Assembly: GCA_963666215.2 (NCBI GenBank)
Contig: CAXWPL010000004.1
Span: 448,001 to 512,000 of the forward strand
Length of the DNA: 64,000 bases
Origin: Acidobacteriota bacterium
Lineage (GTDB): Bacteria; Acidobacteriota; UBA890; WLXD01
Direction of reading: 5' to 3'
Every line of letters starts with the position of its first letter. Within the stretch, counting starts at the first letter, position 1. The notes beneath the pieces were generated by a model. That model worked only from the letters and a program-made list of their open reading frames with translations. It made no database searches and was not told the origin of the DNA. The position numbers were made by a program, and so were the translations under genes. Below, in pieces: positions 43,169-52,102 of this stretch.

Positions 43169-44527
43169 ATGCGCCTTCCACATCCGCTCGTTCTGTTGAC
43201 CGCCTGCGTGCTCCTTGGAGCCGCCACCACCTGGGTGCTCCCGGCCGGCGAGTACGATCGCCGCGAGGACGAAGCCACCGGCCGGACTGTCGTTGTGGGA
43301 GGCACCTACCACGCTGTCGAGGCGGCTCCTGTTGGCCTGTTCGCGGCGCTGGTAGCGATTCCGCATGGCATGGCCGACGCCGGGGAGGTGCTGTTCTTCA
43401 TCTTCCTGGTTGGCGGCGCGTTTGCCGTGCTGGAGTCAACGGGCGCCCTGCAGCGCGCCATTGCATGGCTGCTGCACAACGTTGGTGATCGGCAGAGCGT
43501 GTTCGTGGCCACGTCGTGCGTGCTGTTCGGTACCGGCGGCGTGCTGTTCAACATGCAGGAGGAGATCATCGGCCTGATACCGATCCTGCTGCTGCTGGCC
43601 AGACGCCTGGGTGCCGATCCGATGACCGCGGCGGCCATGAGCCTTGGCTCAGCGGGGGTCGGTGCGGCCTTCAGCCCGGTGAACCCGTTTCAGGTGACGC
43701 TAGCGCAATCGGTTGCCGAGCTACCGTTGATGTCTGGCTGGCAGTTCCGCAGTGTCTTTCTGGTGATCGGCATGGCCGTCTGGACCTTGGCGACGGTGCG
43801 CCTGGCGGCGCGTCGGTCGGCAGCACCAACACCCGAGCGGGCGGCGAAGGAGGCGGCCGAAGACGAGATTTCTGCGGACGATCAGATCTCCGGACGCGAC
43901 GCGATTGTCATTGCGGTTTTCATCGGTTCGATGTCGACGTTCGTGTACGGAACGCTGTCACTCGGTTGGGGCTTCGACCGCATGAGCGCGTTGTTCTTCG
44001 CCATGGGCACGCTCGTCGGGTTGGTCTCGGGCAAGGGGCTCAACGGCACCGCCGAAGCGCTCGGCGAAGGCTTCCGCGCCATGACGAGCGCGGCGATCAT
44101 GGTGGGGCTGGCGCGGACCGTCTATATCGTGCTCGAACAGGGCCGCGTGGTCGACACGCTGGTGCACGGGCTGTTCCTGCCCATCGAGCAGCTGCCCCTG
44201 GCGCTGTCGGCGCTGGGCCTGATGGGCGCTCACATCCTGGTTCACGTCCCCATCTCGAGCGTTAGCGGGCAGGCGGTGCTGACAACGCCCGTTGCCGTGC
44301 CAGTGGCTGATCTGCTTGGCATGTCGAGACAGGTTGCCGTTCTCGCGTATCAATACGGCGCCGGGCTGACCGATTTGGTAACGCCAACCAACGGCTCGAT
44401 GATGGCGGTGCTCGCCGCCGCCGGCGTGCGCTACGACGAGTGGATCCGCTTCACGGCGCCGCAGTACCTGTTGCTGCTGCTCGTCGGTGCCGTCGGATTG
44501 CTCGTCGCCGTAGGCATCGGCTTCTAG
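43169..44527 (+). CDS. YfcC family (DcuC-like) transporter
   Basis: MRLPHP, TWVLPAGEYDR, GGAF, EEII, VNPF, SSVSGQA, AYQYGAG, PTNG. Confidence 0.9.
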   Translation: MRLPHPLVLLTACVLLGAATTWVLPAGEYDRREDEATGRTVVVGGTYHAVEAAPVGLFAALVAIPHGMADAGEVLFFIFLVGGAFAVLESTGALQRAIAWLLHNVGDRQSVFVATSCVLFGTGGVLFNMQEEIIGLIPILLLLARRLGADPMTAAAMSLGSAGVGAAFSPVNPFQVTLAQSVAELPLMSGWQFRSVFLVIGMAVWTLATVRLAARRSAAPTPERAAKEAAEDEISADDQISGRDAIVIAVFIGSMSTFVYGTLSLGWGFDRMSALFFAMGTLVGLVSGKGLNGTAEALGEGFRAMTSAAIMVGLARTVYIVLEQGRVVDTLVHGLFLPIEQLPLALSALGLMGAHILVHVPISSVSGQAVLTTPVAVPVADLLGMSRQVAVLAYQYGAGLTDLVTPTNGSMMAVLAAAGVRYDEWIRFTAPQYLLLLLVGAVGLLVAVGIGF

Positions 44528-44567
44528 CGGATCGCCAGAAAGACCGTCGCCAGGCTGGCGAACGATG

Positions 44568-46376
44568 CTAGCTGTTGCTCTCGATCTCGCCGCGAACCAG
44601 AAGCTTTGTGGCCGGATCGAGCTCGATACGAGTCGGCGCACGATCGACCTCGAGCGTGAACGTTTGGCTCAGCTCGACAATCTCGAGAACTTCCCGACGC
44701 GACTCGCCGTCATCGAAGTGGAGCTCGATTTCTAGCGGTAGTGTCAGCGCTCTCTGAGTAGCCTGAACTTGAGACAGCTCGATCACCAGCGCCCCGCCTT
44801 CATGACACCAGCTACCTTCGATCGTAGGGACCCCATCGGCGTAGAGCCATTGCCGGAAGAACGACTCGAGATTCTGGCCCGACGCCTCCTCCATGACATG
44901 CCGGAAGTCGTCGGTGCTGGCGTTGGCGTCGCGGTACATCTCGTAGTACCCGCGGATGCCGGCCCAGAAGGTCTCGTCGTCGATACGCTGGCGCAGCATG
45001 TGCAGCACCCAGGCGCCCTTCTGGTACTGCATACCCGTGGTCACACGACGCATGTCCTCGAGGTTGTCGTGGATAATGCTGTAGTCGGGATTGTCGGCGT
45101 AGAAGGTGTAGACGCGGTCTCGGGCGCTTCGTAGGCCGGCTACAAACTCGTCGCGACCGTATGCGTGCTCGATGAACAGCAGCGTGAAGTAGGTGGCGAA
45201 GCCCTCTGAGAGCCACACGTCGTCCCAGTCGCTCTCGGTGACCGCGTTGCCCCACCACTGGTGCGCGATCTCGTGAATGATGACGTTGCGCCAGCGATCC
45301 GTGCGCTCGCCGGTCACCGAGTTTTCGCCATAGAAGATCGATGTTGCCGACTCCATGCCGCCGCCAACGCTGGCCGCCTGCACGTTTGCCAGATTCTCGT
45401 AGGAATAGGGACCGACGTGGCTCGCAAAGAAATCCATCGACTCGAACGTCGGGTACGCAAAGTCGTAGAACCCGGCGTCGCGATCCTGTGCATAAACCCA
45501 GGTCTGGATGGGCACGTGCTGGCCATCGCCACTGTGCCACTCACCCAGGTGCTGCACCCCGAACCGCGCCACACCGAGCGCGTTGAGCCAGGTCGCGATC
45601 GGCACCGACTGGCGCCAGTGGGTACGGCGCATGCCGTCCGCCAGGCCGGTTTCCTCAACCAGCAGGCCGTTCGAGATGACTTGATAGTGGGCCGGCGCGT
45701 CGACAATCATCTCTGACGTGGCCTTGTCGGACGGGTGGTCAACCGTGGGCAACCAGTGGTGTGCCCGGGTCGGCCAGTTGTCCGAGAAGAACGTGCGTTC
45801 GCCGTGCTTGTTCGGACCGATGCGCAGCCCGGTGTCGGGGGAGCCCGAGTAGACCACGTGGATGCGGATTCGGTCGCCCTGTTCGGCCGGACGCAACAAA
45901 CGTACGAGCAGCCGGTCGTCGCGGTGGTCGTAACTGGCAGCCACACCGCGAGGCGCCGTTGCGGCAGTAGCGGCCTCCGCCTCCATCGTTGACGATCTCA
46001 GCGGCCTCAACGAGCTCGCCCGATCGCTGACGCCGATCGCCCCGAAGGCGCCGACGCGCTCGAGCCGGACCCCGCTGACCGTCATGCCGTGCGGCGCCCG
46101 CGACGCGCTCGTCGACGCGAGATCGAGCACGACTTGCGTCGCCCCCGACTCGCGAAATCGAACGTCGATGCTCGCCCAACCGTCGATCGTGTCGTGATCG
46201 TCGGTCAGCGTCAGGCGGAAGACGTAGTGCAGAACGTCAATCGCCGGTTGTCGTGGGTAGGTGTCGGAGGTTGCAAGAACAGGAGGGGTCGCGACCGACG
46301 CGGCCACACCCAACACCATCGTTCCGATCACCGCCAACGCCGAGGCAACCGCGAGATCGCGCCGCGGCGACGCCAT
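44568..46376 (-). CDS. M1 family aminopeptidase (secreted)
   Basis: GGMES, HEIAH followed by WLSEGFATY, YQKGAWVLHMLR. Confidence 0.94.
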   Translation of the reverse strand: MASPRRDLAVASALAVIGTMVLGVAASVATPPVLATSDTYPRQPAIDVLHYVFRLTLTDDHDTIDGWASIDVRFRESGATQVVLDLASTSASRAPHGMTVSGVRLERVGAFGAIGVSDRASSLRPLRSSTMEAEAATAATAPRGVAASYDHRDDRLLVRLLRPAEQGDRIRIHVVYSGSPDTGLRIGPNKHGERTFFSDNWPTRAHHWLPTVDHPSDKATSEMIVDAPAHYQVISNGLLVEETGLADGMRRTHWRQSVPIATWLNALGVARFGVQHLGEWHSGDGQHVPIQTWVYAQDRDAGFYDFAYPTFESMDFFASHVGPYSYENLANVQAASVGGGMESATSIFYGENSVTGERTDRWRNVIIHEIAHQWWGNAVTESDWDDVWLSEGFATYFTLLFIEHAYGRDEFVAGLRSARDRVYTFYADNPDYSIIHDNLEDMRRVTTGMQYQKGAWVLHMLRQRIDDETFWAGIRGYYEMYRDANASTDDFRHVMEEASGQNLESFFRQWLYADGVPTIEGSWCHEGGALVIELSQVQATQRALTLPLEIELHFDDGESRREVLEIVELSQTFTLEVDRAPTRIELDPATKLLVRGEIESNS

Positions 46377-47837
46377 CTACTGAATCCTCGCTGAAGACGC
46401 GGGGCGCTCGCCACGCAGTCGGTTGGCGACGGATTCCATCTGTCGCATGGCTCGCAGAATATTGCCGCCGGCGATCATCTTGACCTCGTCATCGGTGTAG
46501 CCGCGGCGCAACAGCTCCGCGAACAGATACGGGTAGCTGGTGATGTCTTCGGCACCCTCGGCCATCGATGGGGTGCCGGAGTCGAAGTAGTCGGCGCCGA
46601 TGCCGATGCTCTCCACACCGGCGACCGTGCGTATGTGGTCGATGTGGTCGGCGAGATTTTCCAGCGTCCCGCGCGGCGCCGGGTTGGCCTCGGACCACAG
46701 CTCGAAGGCGCGATCGATCTGCGCCTGGTCGTCGTAGCGGGCGCGCAACTGCTCGAGCATGTCGAACTTGCGCAACGCCCACACCGGCTCGTCACCTCCC
46801 ATGATCGCGATCAGCGTCGCCTCTACCGGATCACGCGTCTGCAGCAGCCGGTTCCACTCGGGCGTCGTCGGAGCGACGTAGCCACCATAGAAGTTGACCA
46901 TCACCACCCCGCCGTTGTCGGCCACCATCTCGAGAATGTCGTCGGGCACGTTGCGCAGGTGCGGATTCACGGCGCGCGCCGACGAGTGCGAATACATCAC
47001 CGGCGCCTCGGTCACTCGCAGCGCATCGCGCATCGTGGCATCGGACACATGGGACAGGTCGACGAAGATCCCCAGCCGGTTCATCTCGCGCACAACTTCT
47101 TCGCCGAACTCGGTGAGTCCACCGTGCAACGACTTGTCGGTGGCGGAGTCGGCCCAATCGGTGCTGCGGAAGTGCGTCAGCGTCATGTACCGCGCGCCGA
47201 GCGAGTGGAACAGCCGCAGCGCACCCAGTTGGTTGTTGATCATGTGCCCGCCCTCGACGCCGATCATCGAGGCAACCCTGCCCTCCGAGAAGATGCGCTC
47301 CACGTCGTCGGCCGTGCTCGCGAACTCGAGCTCGGGGTACTGATCGACGAAGCGATGCACCACGTCTATGGCGTCGAGCGACACGTCGAGCTCGGTGTCG
47401 GTCCACATCGTCGCCGAGTCGGCGTAGGCCGACCAGAATTGCCCGCCCACCTGCCCTTCGCGGAGCCGCGGGATGTCCGCCGAGAGCTGGCCCTGGACCT
47501 GATACAGATCAACGCTGCTAACGTCGCCGGCAGCCTCGTTGATGATCGTGTACGCCAGATCGTTGTGGCCGTCGATGAGCGGGGACTCGCGGAGAAGAGC
47601 TCGAGCGCGCTCGAGCAAGGCGGGATCGACATCGTCTCGCGACTGAGGGCTGGGCTGCGAGCCAGGCAATTCAGCCCGGGCGCTGCCCCGCTCCGCGGCC
47701 GCCGTTGCTTCGCCAGGCAGCACGGCCAGCAGCGAGGCCAGCGCGGTCGCAACGACCGCAAGCGTGACGATGGGTGCTATTGGACCGGACTCGAAGGGTC
47801 TGCGCATCTCTGCAACTCCGTACGGCGTGGCCGTCAT
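46377..47837 (-). CDS. M19 membrane dipeptidase
   Basis: IDGHND, GGQFWS, GVEGGH, YMTLTH, DLSH, SHS, HIDH, GIGADY. Confidence 0.94.
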   Translation of the reverse strand: MTATPYGVAEMRRPFESGPIAPIVTLAVVATALASLLAVLPGEATAAAERGSARAELPGSQPSPQSRDDVDPALLERARALLRESPLIDGHNDLAYTIINEAAGDVSSVDLYQVQGQLSADIPRLREGQVGGQFWSAYADSATMWTDTELDVSLDAIDVVHRFVDQYPELEFASTADDVERIFSEGRVASMIGVEGGHMINNQLGALRLFHSLGARYMTLTHFRSTDWADSATDKSLHGGLTEFGEEVVREMNRLGIFVDLSHVSDATMRDALRVTEAPVMYSHSSARAVNPHLRNVPDDILEMVADNGGVVMVNFYGGYVAPTTPEWNRLLQTRDPVEATLIAIMGGDEPVWALRKFDMLEQLRARYDDQAQIDRAFELWSEANPAPRGTLENLADHIDHIRTVAGVESIGIGADYFDSGTPSMAEGAEDITSYPYLFAELLRRGYTDDEVKMIAGGNILRAMRQMESVANRLRGERPASSARIQ

Positions 47838-47889
47838 ATCAGGGTAGAGGCCGGCAGTGTAGCCGCTCCGGTTGTGTCTTCTGGTTAAA

Positions 47890-47910
47890 CTAAGTTAACT
47901 TAGCTAAGTT
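47890..47910. promoter_or_regulatory. Overlapping palindromic operator upstream of a TA module
   Basis: CTAAGTT-AACTTAG-CTAAGTT gives two perfect 14-bp palindromes (47890-47903, 47897-47910). Confidence 0.7.
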
Positions 47911-47969
47911 CGATGGCCAAGATGCCTCAACGCCTCAATGATGGATCGACCGACCAAGCGATCGAGCTC

Positions 47970-48206
47970 ATGGAAGTTGTCAACGTGCACAGCGCCAAAA
48001 CCCACTTGTCGAAGCTCCTCGAACGAGTTGCCGCCGGCGAGGAAATCGTCATCGCCAAGAGCGGCACCCCCGTCGCCAAGCTGGTGCCGTTCGTGCGGCA
48101 GGCGCGCGCACCCGGCCGGCTCAAGGGCAAGATTCGAATGTCGCGCGACTTCGACGCGCCGCTTCCCGAATCGATCGCCGAATCGTTCCGAGGCGAGCGC
48201 GAATGA
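47970..48206 (+). CDS. Phd/YefM family antitoxin
   Basis: VNVHSAKTHLSKLLERVAAGEEIVIAKSGTPVAKLVP...DFDAPLP; alternative start 47913. Confidence 0.92.
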   Translation: MEVVNVHSAKTHLSKLLERVAAGEEIVIAKSGTPVAKLVPFVRQARAPGRLKGKIRMSRDFDAPLPESIAESFRGERE

Positions 48207-48577
48207 GACTGCTGCTCGACAGCCACGCGTATCTGTGGTGGCTCAACGACGACAAGCGGCTTGGCGCACAGGCAAGGGCGGCAATCGCCGCCCCCGACTC
48301 GATGGTCTGCGTCAGCGCCGCCACAATCTGGGAGCTGGCGATCAAGTCGAGACTCGATCGACTCGAGGTCGCGGGCGACCTCGTTGCCGAGATCGCCGCG
48401 AACGACTTCACCGAGGTGCCCGTTAGCGCGACTCACGCAGCGGCGGCTGGACAGCTACCACGACATCACGACGATCCGTTCGACCGAATGCTCGTGGCGC
48501 AGGCACAACTCGAGGGACTCGTATGCGTCACGCGCGATCAGGCGTTTGACCTCTACGAGGTTCGGACGATCTGGTAG
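48203..48577 (+). CDS. vapC: VapC/PIN-domain toxin
   Basis: LLLDSH, SAATIWE, HHDDPFDRMLVAQA, VTRD. Confidence 0.93.
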   Translation: MRLLLDSHAYLWWLNDDKRLGAQARAAIAAPDSMVCVSAATIWELAIKSRLDRLEVAGDLVAEIAANDFTEVPVSATHAAAAGQLPRHHDDPFDRMLVAQAQLEGLVCVTRDQAFDLYEVRTIW

Positions 48578-48582
48578 GCTGC

Positions 48583-49356
48583 CTACTGGGGCTTGCGGAA
48601 CTTCAACAGCATGCGGTCTGTCTGATACCGTTGCGTGTCCTCGCGCGTGTAGACGGTGTAATCGTCGTCGTCGGTGCGCAGAATCTCCGAGCTGTCCACG
48701 TACTCGAACCCCGCGGCCTCGAAGTCGGCGATCACCAGGCCCTCGCCAACGCGGTGGATCTCCATGTCGTGACCGTCTTCACGATTGTTGCGCGTCTCGA
48801 CAACGGCAACCGTGCCGCCCGGCACGAGCGCACGATGCAGGTGACCCAGCGTTTCGGGCACATCGGGGAACAGGTGATACGCCCGGATCGCTAGCGCCGC
48901 GTCGATGCTGCCGTCCTCGAGCGCCTCCACGCCGTCGACAAACGCGACATTGGGAAGCTCCTCCTGCCCCATCTCCACGCGGGTACGAAACTCCGGCCGC
49001 GGGCCCTCGATGTAGACCATCCCGTCGCGACCGACCACCTCCGAGAGCAGCCGCGAGTTGTAGCCCCCGCCCGCCAGGATATCGATCACTCGGTCGCCCT
49101 CGCTCAAACCGGCGAACTCGAAGACCTCGTGCGGCTTCGAAAACGCCGCCCGCGGGTCGTGTTCTGCGCCCGGCTCGGGGTCCCCGTGATCGTGATCTGC
49201 GGCGTCGCCGTCGGAGTCGCCGTCGGAGTCACCGTCGGCGTCATGCGCGTCCGCCACCGCGTCGTGCGCCTCCTCGGCGACATAGTGCATGCCGGCGCAC
49301 GCGAAGATGGAGACTGCAAGAAACATCAATACAAGAGGCAGCAGGCGACGCTTCAT
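48583..49356 (-). CDS. Putative lipoprotein with class I SAM-methyltransferase-like fold and His/Asp-rich linker
   Basis: Lipobox-like IFAC, VIDILAGGGY motif I, ALVPGG, TDRMLLKFRKP. Confidence 0.82.
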   Translation of the reverse strand: MKRRLLPLVLMFLAVSIFACAGMHYVAEEAHDAVADAHDADGDSDGDSDGDAADHDHGDPEPGAEHDPRAAFSKPHEVFEFAGLSEGDRVIDILAGGGYNSRLLSEVVGRDGMVYIEGPRPEFRTRVEMGQEELPNVAFVDGVEALEDGSIDAALAIRAYHLFPDVPETLGHLHRALVPGGTVAVVETRNNREDGHDMEIHRVGEGLVIADFEAAGFEYVDSSEILRTDDDDYTVYTREDTQRYQTDRMLLKFRKPQ

Positions 49357-49472
49357 TCGAGTGATCCTCCAGTTGCGGCAGTGGCGACCGAGTCGGCCGG
49401 ACGCCCGATTCTATGCGCGTCGCCCAGCGCGGACAACGATTGCGTCGCAGTACGCTCCGCGACCGCGCGCCC

Positions 49473-49883
49473 TCAGTCGGCGAGGAGTCCGGCCAGCGGG
49501 GTGTCGAAGCCGGCGCGCTGCGCGATCTGCAACTGACGCTGATCGAGGGTGAGAAACGACCAGTGTCCTCCGAGCCGTTGGCGGAAATGGCTGGCGCAGC
49601 CCAGGTGCCTCACGTCGGCGCCACGTAGGTAGCCGAGCTTCAGCGCAGCGTCAATCTCGATCGTGAGCCGGCGCTCCGGCCGCAGCCAGCTGATCTGCGA
49701 CAAGAGCTCTGGTCGGTAGCCGTCGACGCCCTCACGTCTCAGGGTCGCGAGGAGCTCGGCCTCGAAAAGGTCCGACGTGACGAGCCGCTCTTGTTGCTCG
49801 AACGCGGCAGCCACGCTGGCCGCCGTCGGCTCACCGAAAACGAGCGCCACGGCGCAAGACGTGTCGAGGTAGGCGACGTTCAA
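49473..49883 (-). CDS. PIN-domain toxin
   Basis: TTG start overlapping the antitoxin stop; AYLDTS, SDLFEAE, LRGADVRHL, FLTLDQRQ. Confidence 0.87.
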   Translation of the reverse strand: MNVAYLDTSCAVALVFGEPTAASVAAAFEQQERLVTSDLFEAELLATLRREGVDGYRPELLSQISWLRPERRLTIEIDAALKLGYLRGADVRHLGCASHFRQRLGGHWSFLTLDQRQLQIAQRAGFDTPLAGLLAD

Positions 49884-50149
49884 TCTCGCGAGGCCAGAAA
49901 ACGTGCCAACGCCCCGGGGCGATCCGCGATGGTCTCCATCGGCGCGTTCGTATCGGCCGCTGGCTCGATCAGCCCCTGCTCCACGAGCCGATCCCAAGTC
50001 CGCTCGCTCGACTCGACACCGTCGATGGGTCGGATCTCCGCGACTTCGCGACCGCGATAGCTGATTCGCACCGACTGTCCTCGACGCACCTTGCGCATGA
50101 CCTCGCTGAACTTGGCCTTGGCCTCGTAGGTGGAGTACACAGTTGGCAT
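49880..50149 (-). CDS. Phd/YefM family antitoxin
   Basis: YSTYEAKAKFSEVMRKVRRGQSVRISYRGREVAEIRP. Confidence 0.88.
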   Translation of the reverse strand: MPTVYSTYEAKAKFSEVMRKVRRGQSVRISYRGREVAEIRPIDGVESSERTWDRLVEQGLIEPAADTNAPMETIADRPGALARFLASRD

Positions 50150-50461
50150 TGTTGCGTCCAAGATCATCTATATGTCTAGTCTGACTCGTCTGAAGCATAT
50201 CATCGACCGGATCGGTGAAGCTGGGCGATGCGTATCGCCTCACCTCTGTTCGACCGCCGCGCGAGGTGATTCTCCGAAAACAAGCCGGCAGGCGAATGGC
50301 TGCGGTGGACCCGGCAGAGCTGACGAAGCAAGATGGCGGCTGCTCGAGGTGCTCGTCGCGACAGCACAGCCGGCCACGCCAGCGAGTGCCACGCGCCGGC
50401 CGGCGTCGCCGGCTGGAGTCAGAGCTCAGCGATTAGGTCAGGAACGTCTAGCGAGGTGCAG

Positions 50462-51982
50462 ATGTCTGTTTTGAGGCCCATTCACTCAGCCCCCATCGTG
50501 TTCTGCATAACGAGCGTTCTCGCTCTCGGTTCCGCCGCGTGCGCGCCGAGCTCCGAGCTCGCGCCAGCGGGGAGCTCGATCACCGCCGACGATCTGCGAC
50601 GCGACCTCTACTTTCTGGGCTCCGACGCCATGGCGGGGCGGCTCACAGACACACCCGAGAACGCCTTGGCGGCGCAGTTCATCGAAGCACGCTTCCGCGG
50701 CCTCCAACTGCAGCCGGCCGTGGACGGCTCGTACTTCCAGCCCTACGACCTCAACACCTTCAGCCTCGGCGCCGACAACCGGATCGAGATCATCGGAATC
50801 GGCCCCCGCTTGTTACTCGCGCCGGGAGAGGAGTTCGTGCCGCAGCAGTTCAGCGGCAACGGCACCGCCAGCGGACCGGTTGTGTTCGCGGGCTACGGAA
50901 TTGTTTCGGACGCGCTGGGCTGGGACGACTACGGCAACGCCGACATTGCCGACAAGATCGTGCTCGTTGTCGACCACGAGCCCGGCGAGGAGAATCCCGA
51001 CAGCCTTTTCGACGGACTCGTGACGGCCGAAGCGGCGCGTAATTGGCGCAAGGCGATCTACGCGCAACAGCGCGGTGCGGCGGCGATTCTTTTCGTGCGT
51101 GACATCCAGGTGCACGGCCAGGGCGAGGACTTCGACCAGCTACAGCAAAGCACCTGGCCAGCGCGAGAGCGGCGCATCGAGCGCTACTCGCTGGCTAGCT
51201 GGATGAATCAGATCGACATTCCCGCCGCGATGATCTCGGCAGCGTTGGCGGCCGACCTGCTAGCGGCGGGAGGTCAGTCGCTCACCGGGCTGCTGGCAAC
51301 AGTCGACGCCGACAGCCCCTCGTCCCCGATCGATGTCGTGGGGCCCCGGGTAACGCTCACCACCAACGTCGAGCGAACACGTGTGCCCGATCGCAACGTG
51401 GTGGCGATGATCGAGGGCTCCGACCCGGGGCTCAGCCACGAGCTGGTGATTGTTGGTGCGCACTACGACCACAATGGTGCCGACGGCAACACGATCTACA
51501 ACGGTGCCGACGACGACGGCTCGGGCATCGTCGGGCTACTGGAAATCGCCGAGGCCTACGCGCTGGCCGCGGGCGACACCCGCCGTTTCCGTGGGCTCGA
51601 GCCGCAAACGGCTGAGTCGAACTCCGACGCCGTCCACATCATGGCGTACAGCTTCAGCAGCTCGCTGCGTGAGTCGGTGCAGCGACTCAACGAGGCTTCC
51701 GACTCGGCCGGCCCCATCGCCCTGCGCCTGGAGCTCGAGTACGACAACAACGCCTCGAACCTGCTGCGACGTAGCGACCAGTGGCCGTTCCTGCAGCGCG
51801 GCGTGCCGTCGCTTTTCTTCCACACCGGCCTGCACCCCGACTACCACCGCGAGACCGACACGCCCGATCGCATCAACTACGAAAAGATGGAGCGCATCGC
51901 GCGGCTGGTACACCGAATGAGCTGGGAGCTCGCCAACGCCGACGAGCGTCCGGCGCTCGATGAGCGGACCGGGACGCTCTAG
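50462..51982 (+). CDS. M28 family peptidase with PA domain; apparent in-frame internal deletion near 51570
   Basis: GAHYDH, NGADDDGSG, RSDQWPF, HPDYH. The usual segment carrying EE.GLLG and LNMDMIG is absent between ALAAG and DTRRF. Confidence 0.85.
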   Translation: MSVLRPIHSAPIVFCITSVLALGSAACAPSSELAPAGSSITADDLRRDLYFLGSDAMAGRLTDTPENALAAQFIEARFRGLQLQPAVDGSYFQPYDLNTFSLGADNRIEIIGIGPRLLLAPGEEFVPQQFSGNGTASGPVVFAGYGIVSDALGWDDYGNADIADKIVLVVDHEPGEENPDSLFDGLVTAEAARNWRKAIYAQQRGAAAILFVRDIQVHGQGEDFDQLQQSTWPARERRIERYSLASWMNQIDIPAAMISAALAADLLAAGGQSLTGLLATVDADSPSSPIDVVGPRVTLTTNVERTRVPDRNVVAMIEGSDPGLSHELVIVGAHYDHNGADGNTIYNGADDDGSGIVGLLEIAEAYALAAGDTRRFRGLEPQTAESNSDAVHIMAYSFSSSLRESVQRLNEASDSAGPIALRLELEYDNNASNLLRRSDQWPFLQRGVPSLFFHTGLHPDYHRETDTPDRINYEKMERIARLVHRMSWELANADERPALDERTGTL

Positions 51983-52102
51983 GGTGTGAAGCGAGTTCTT
52001 CTCGACGGGCCAGGTGCGTCAAGCAGGTTGAGTGGGTGCGGGCGCGTTGCAGACGCTGAGAGGGCATGCCCCTCTGCGGGCGCGATGCCCTCGCCCGCCG
52101 GA

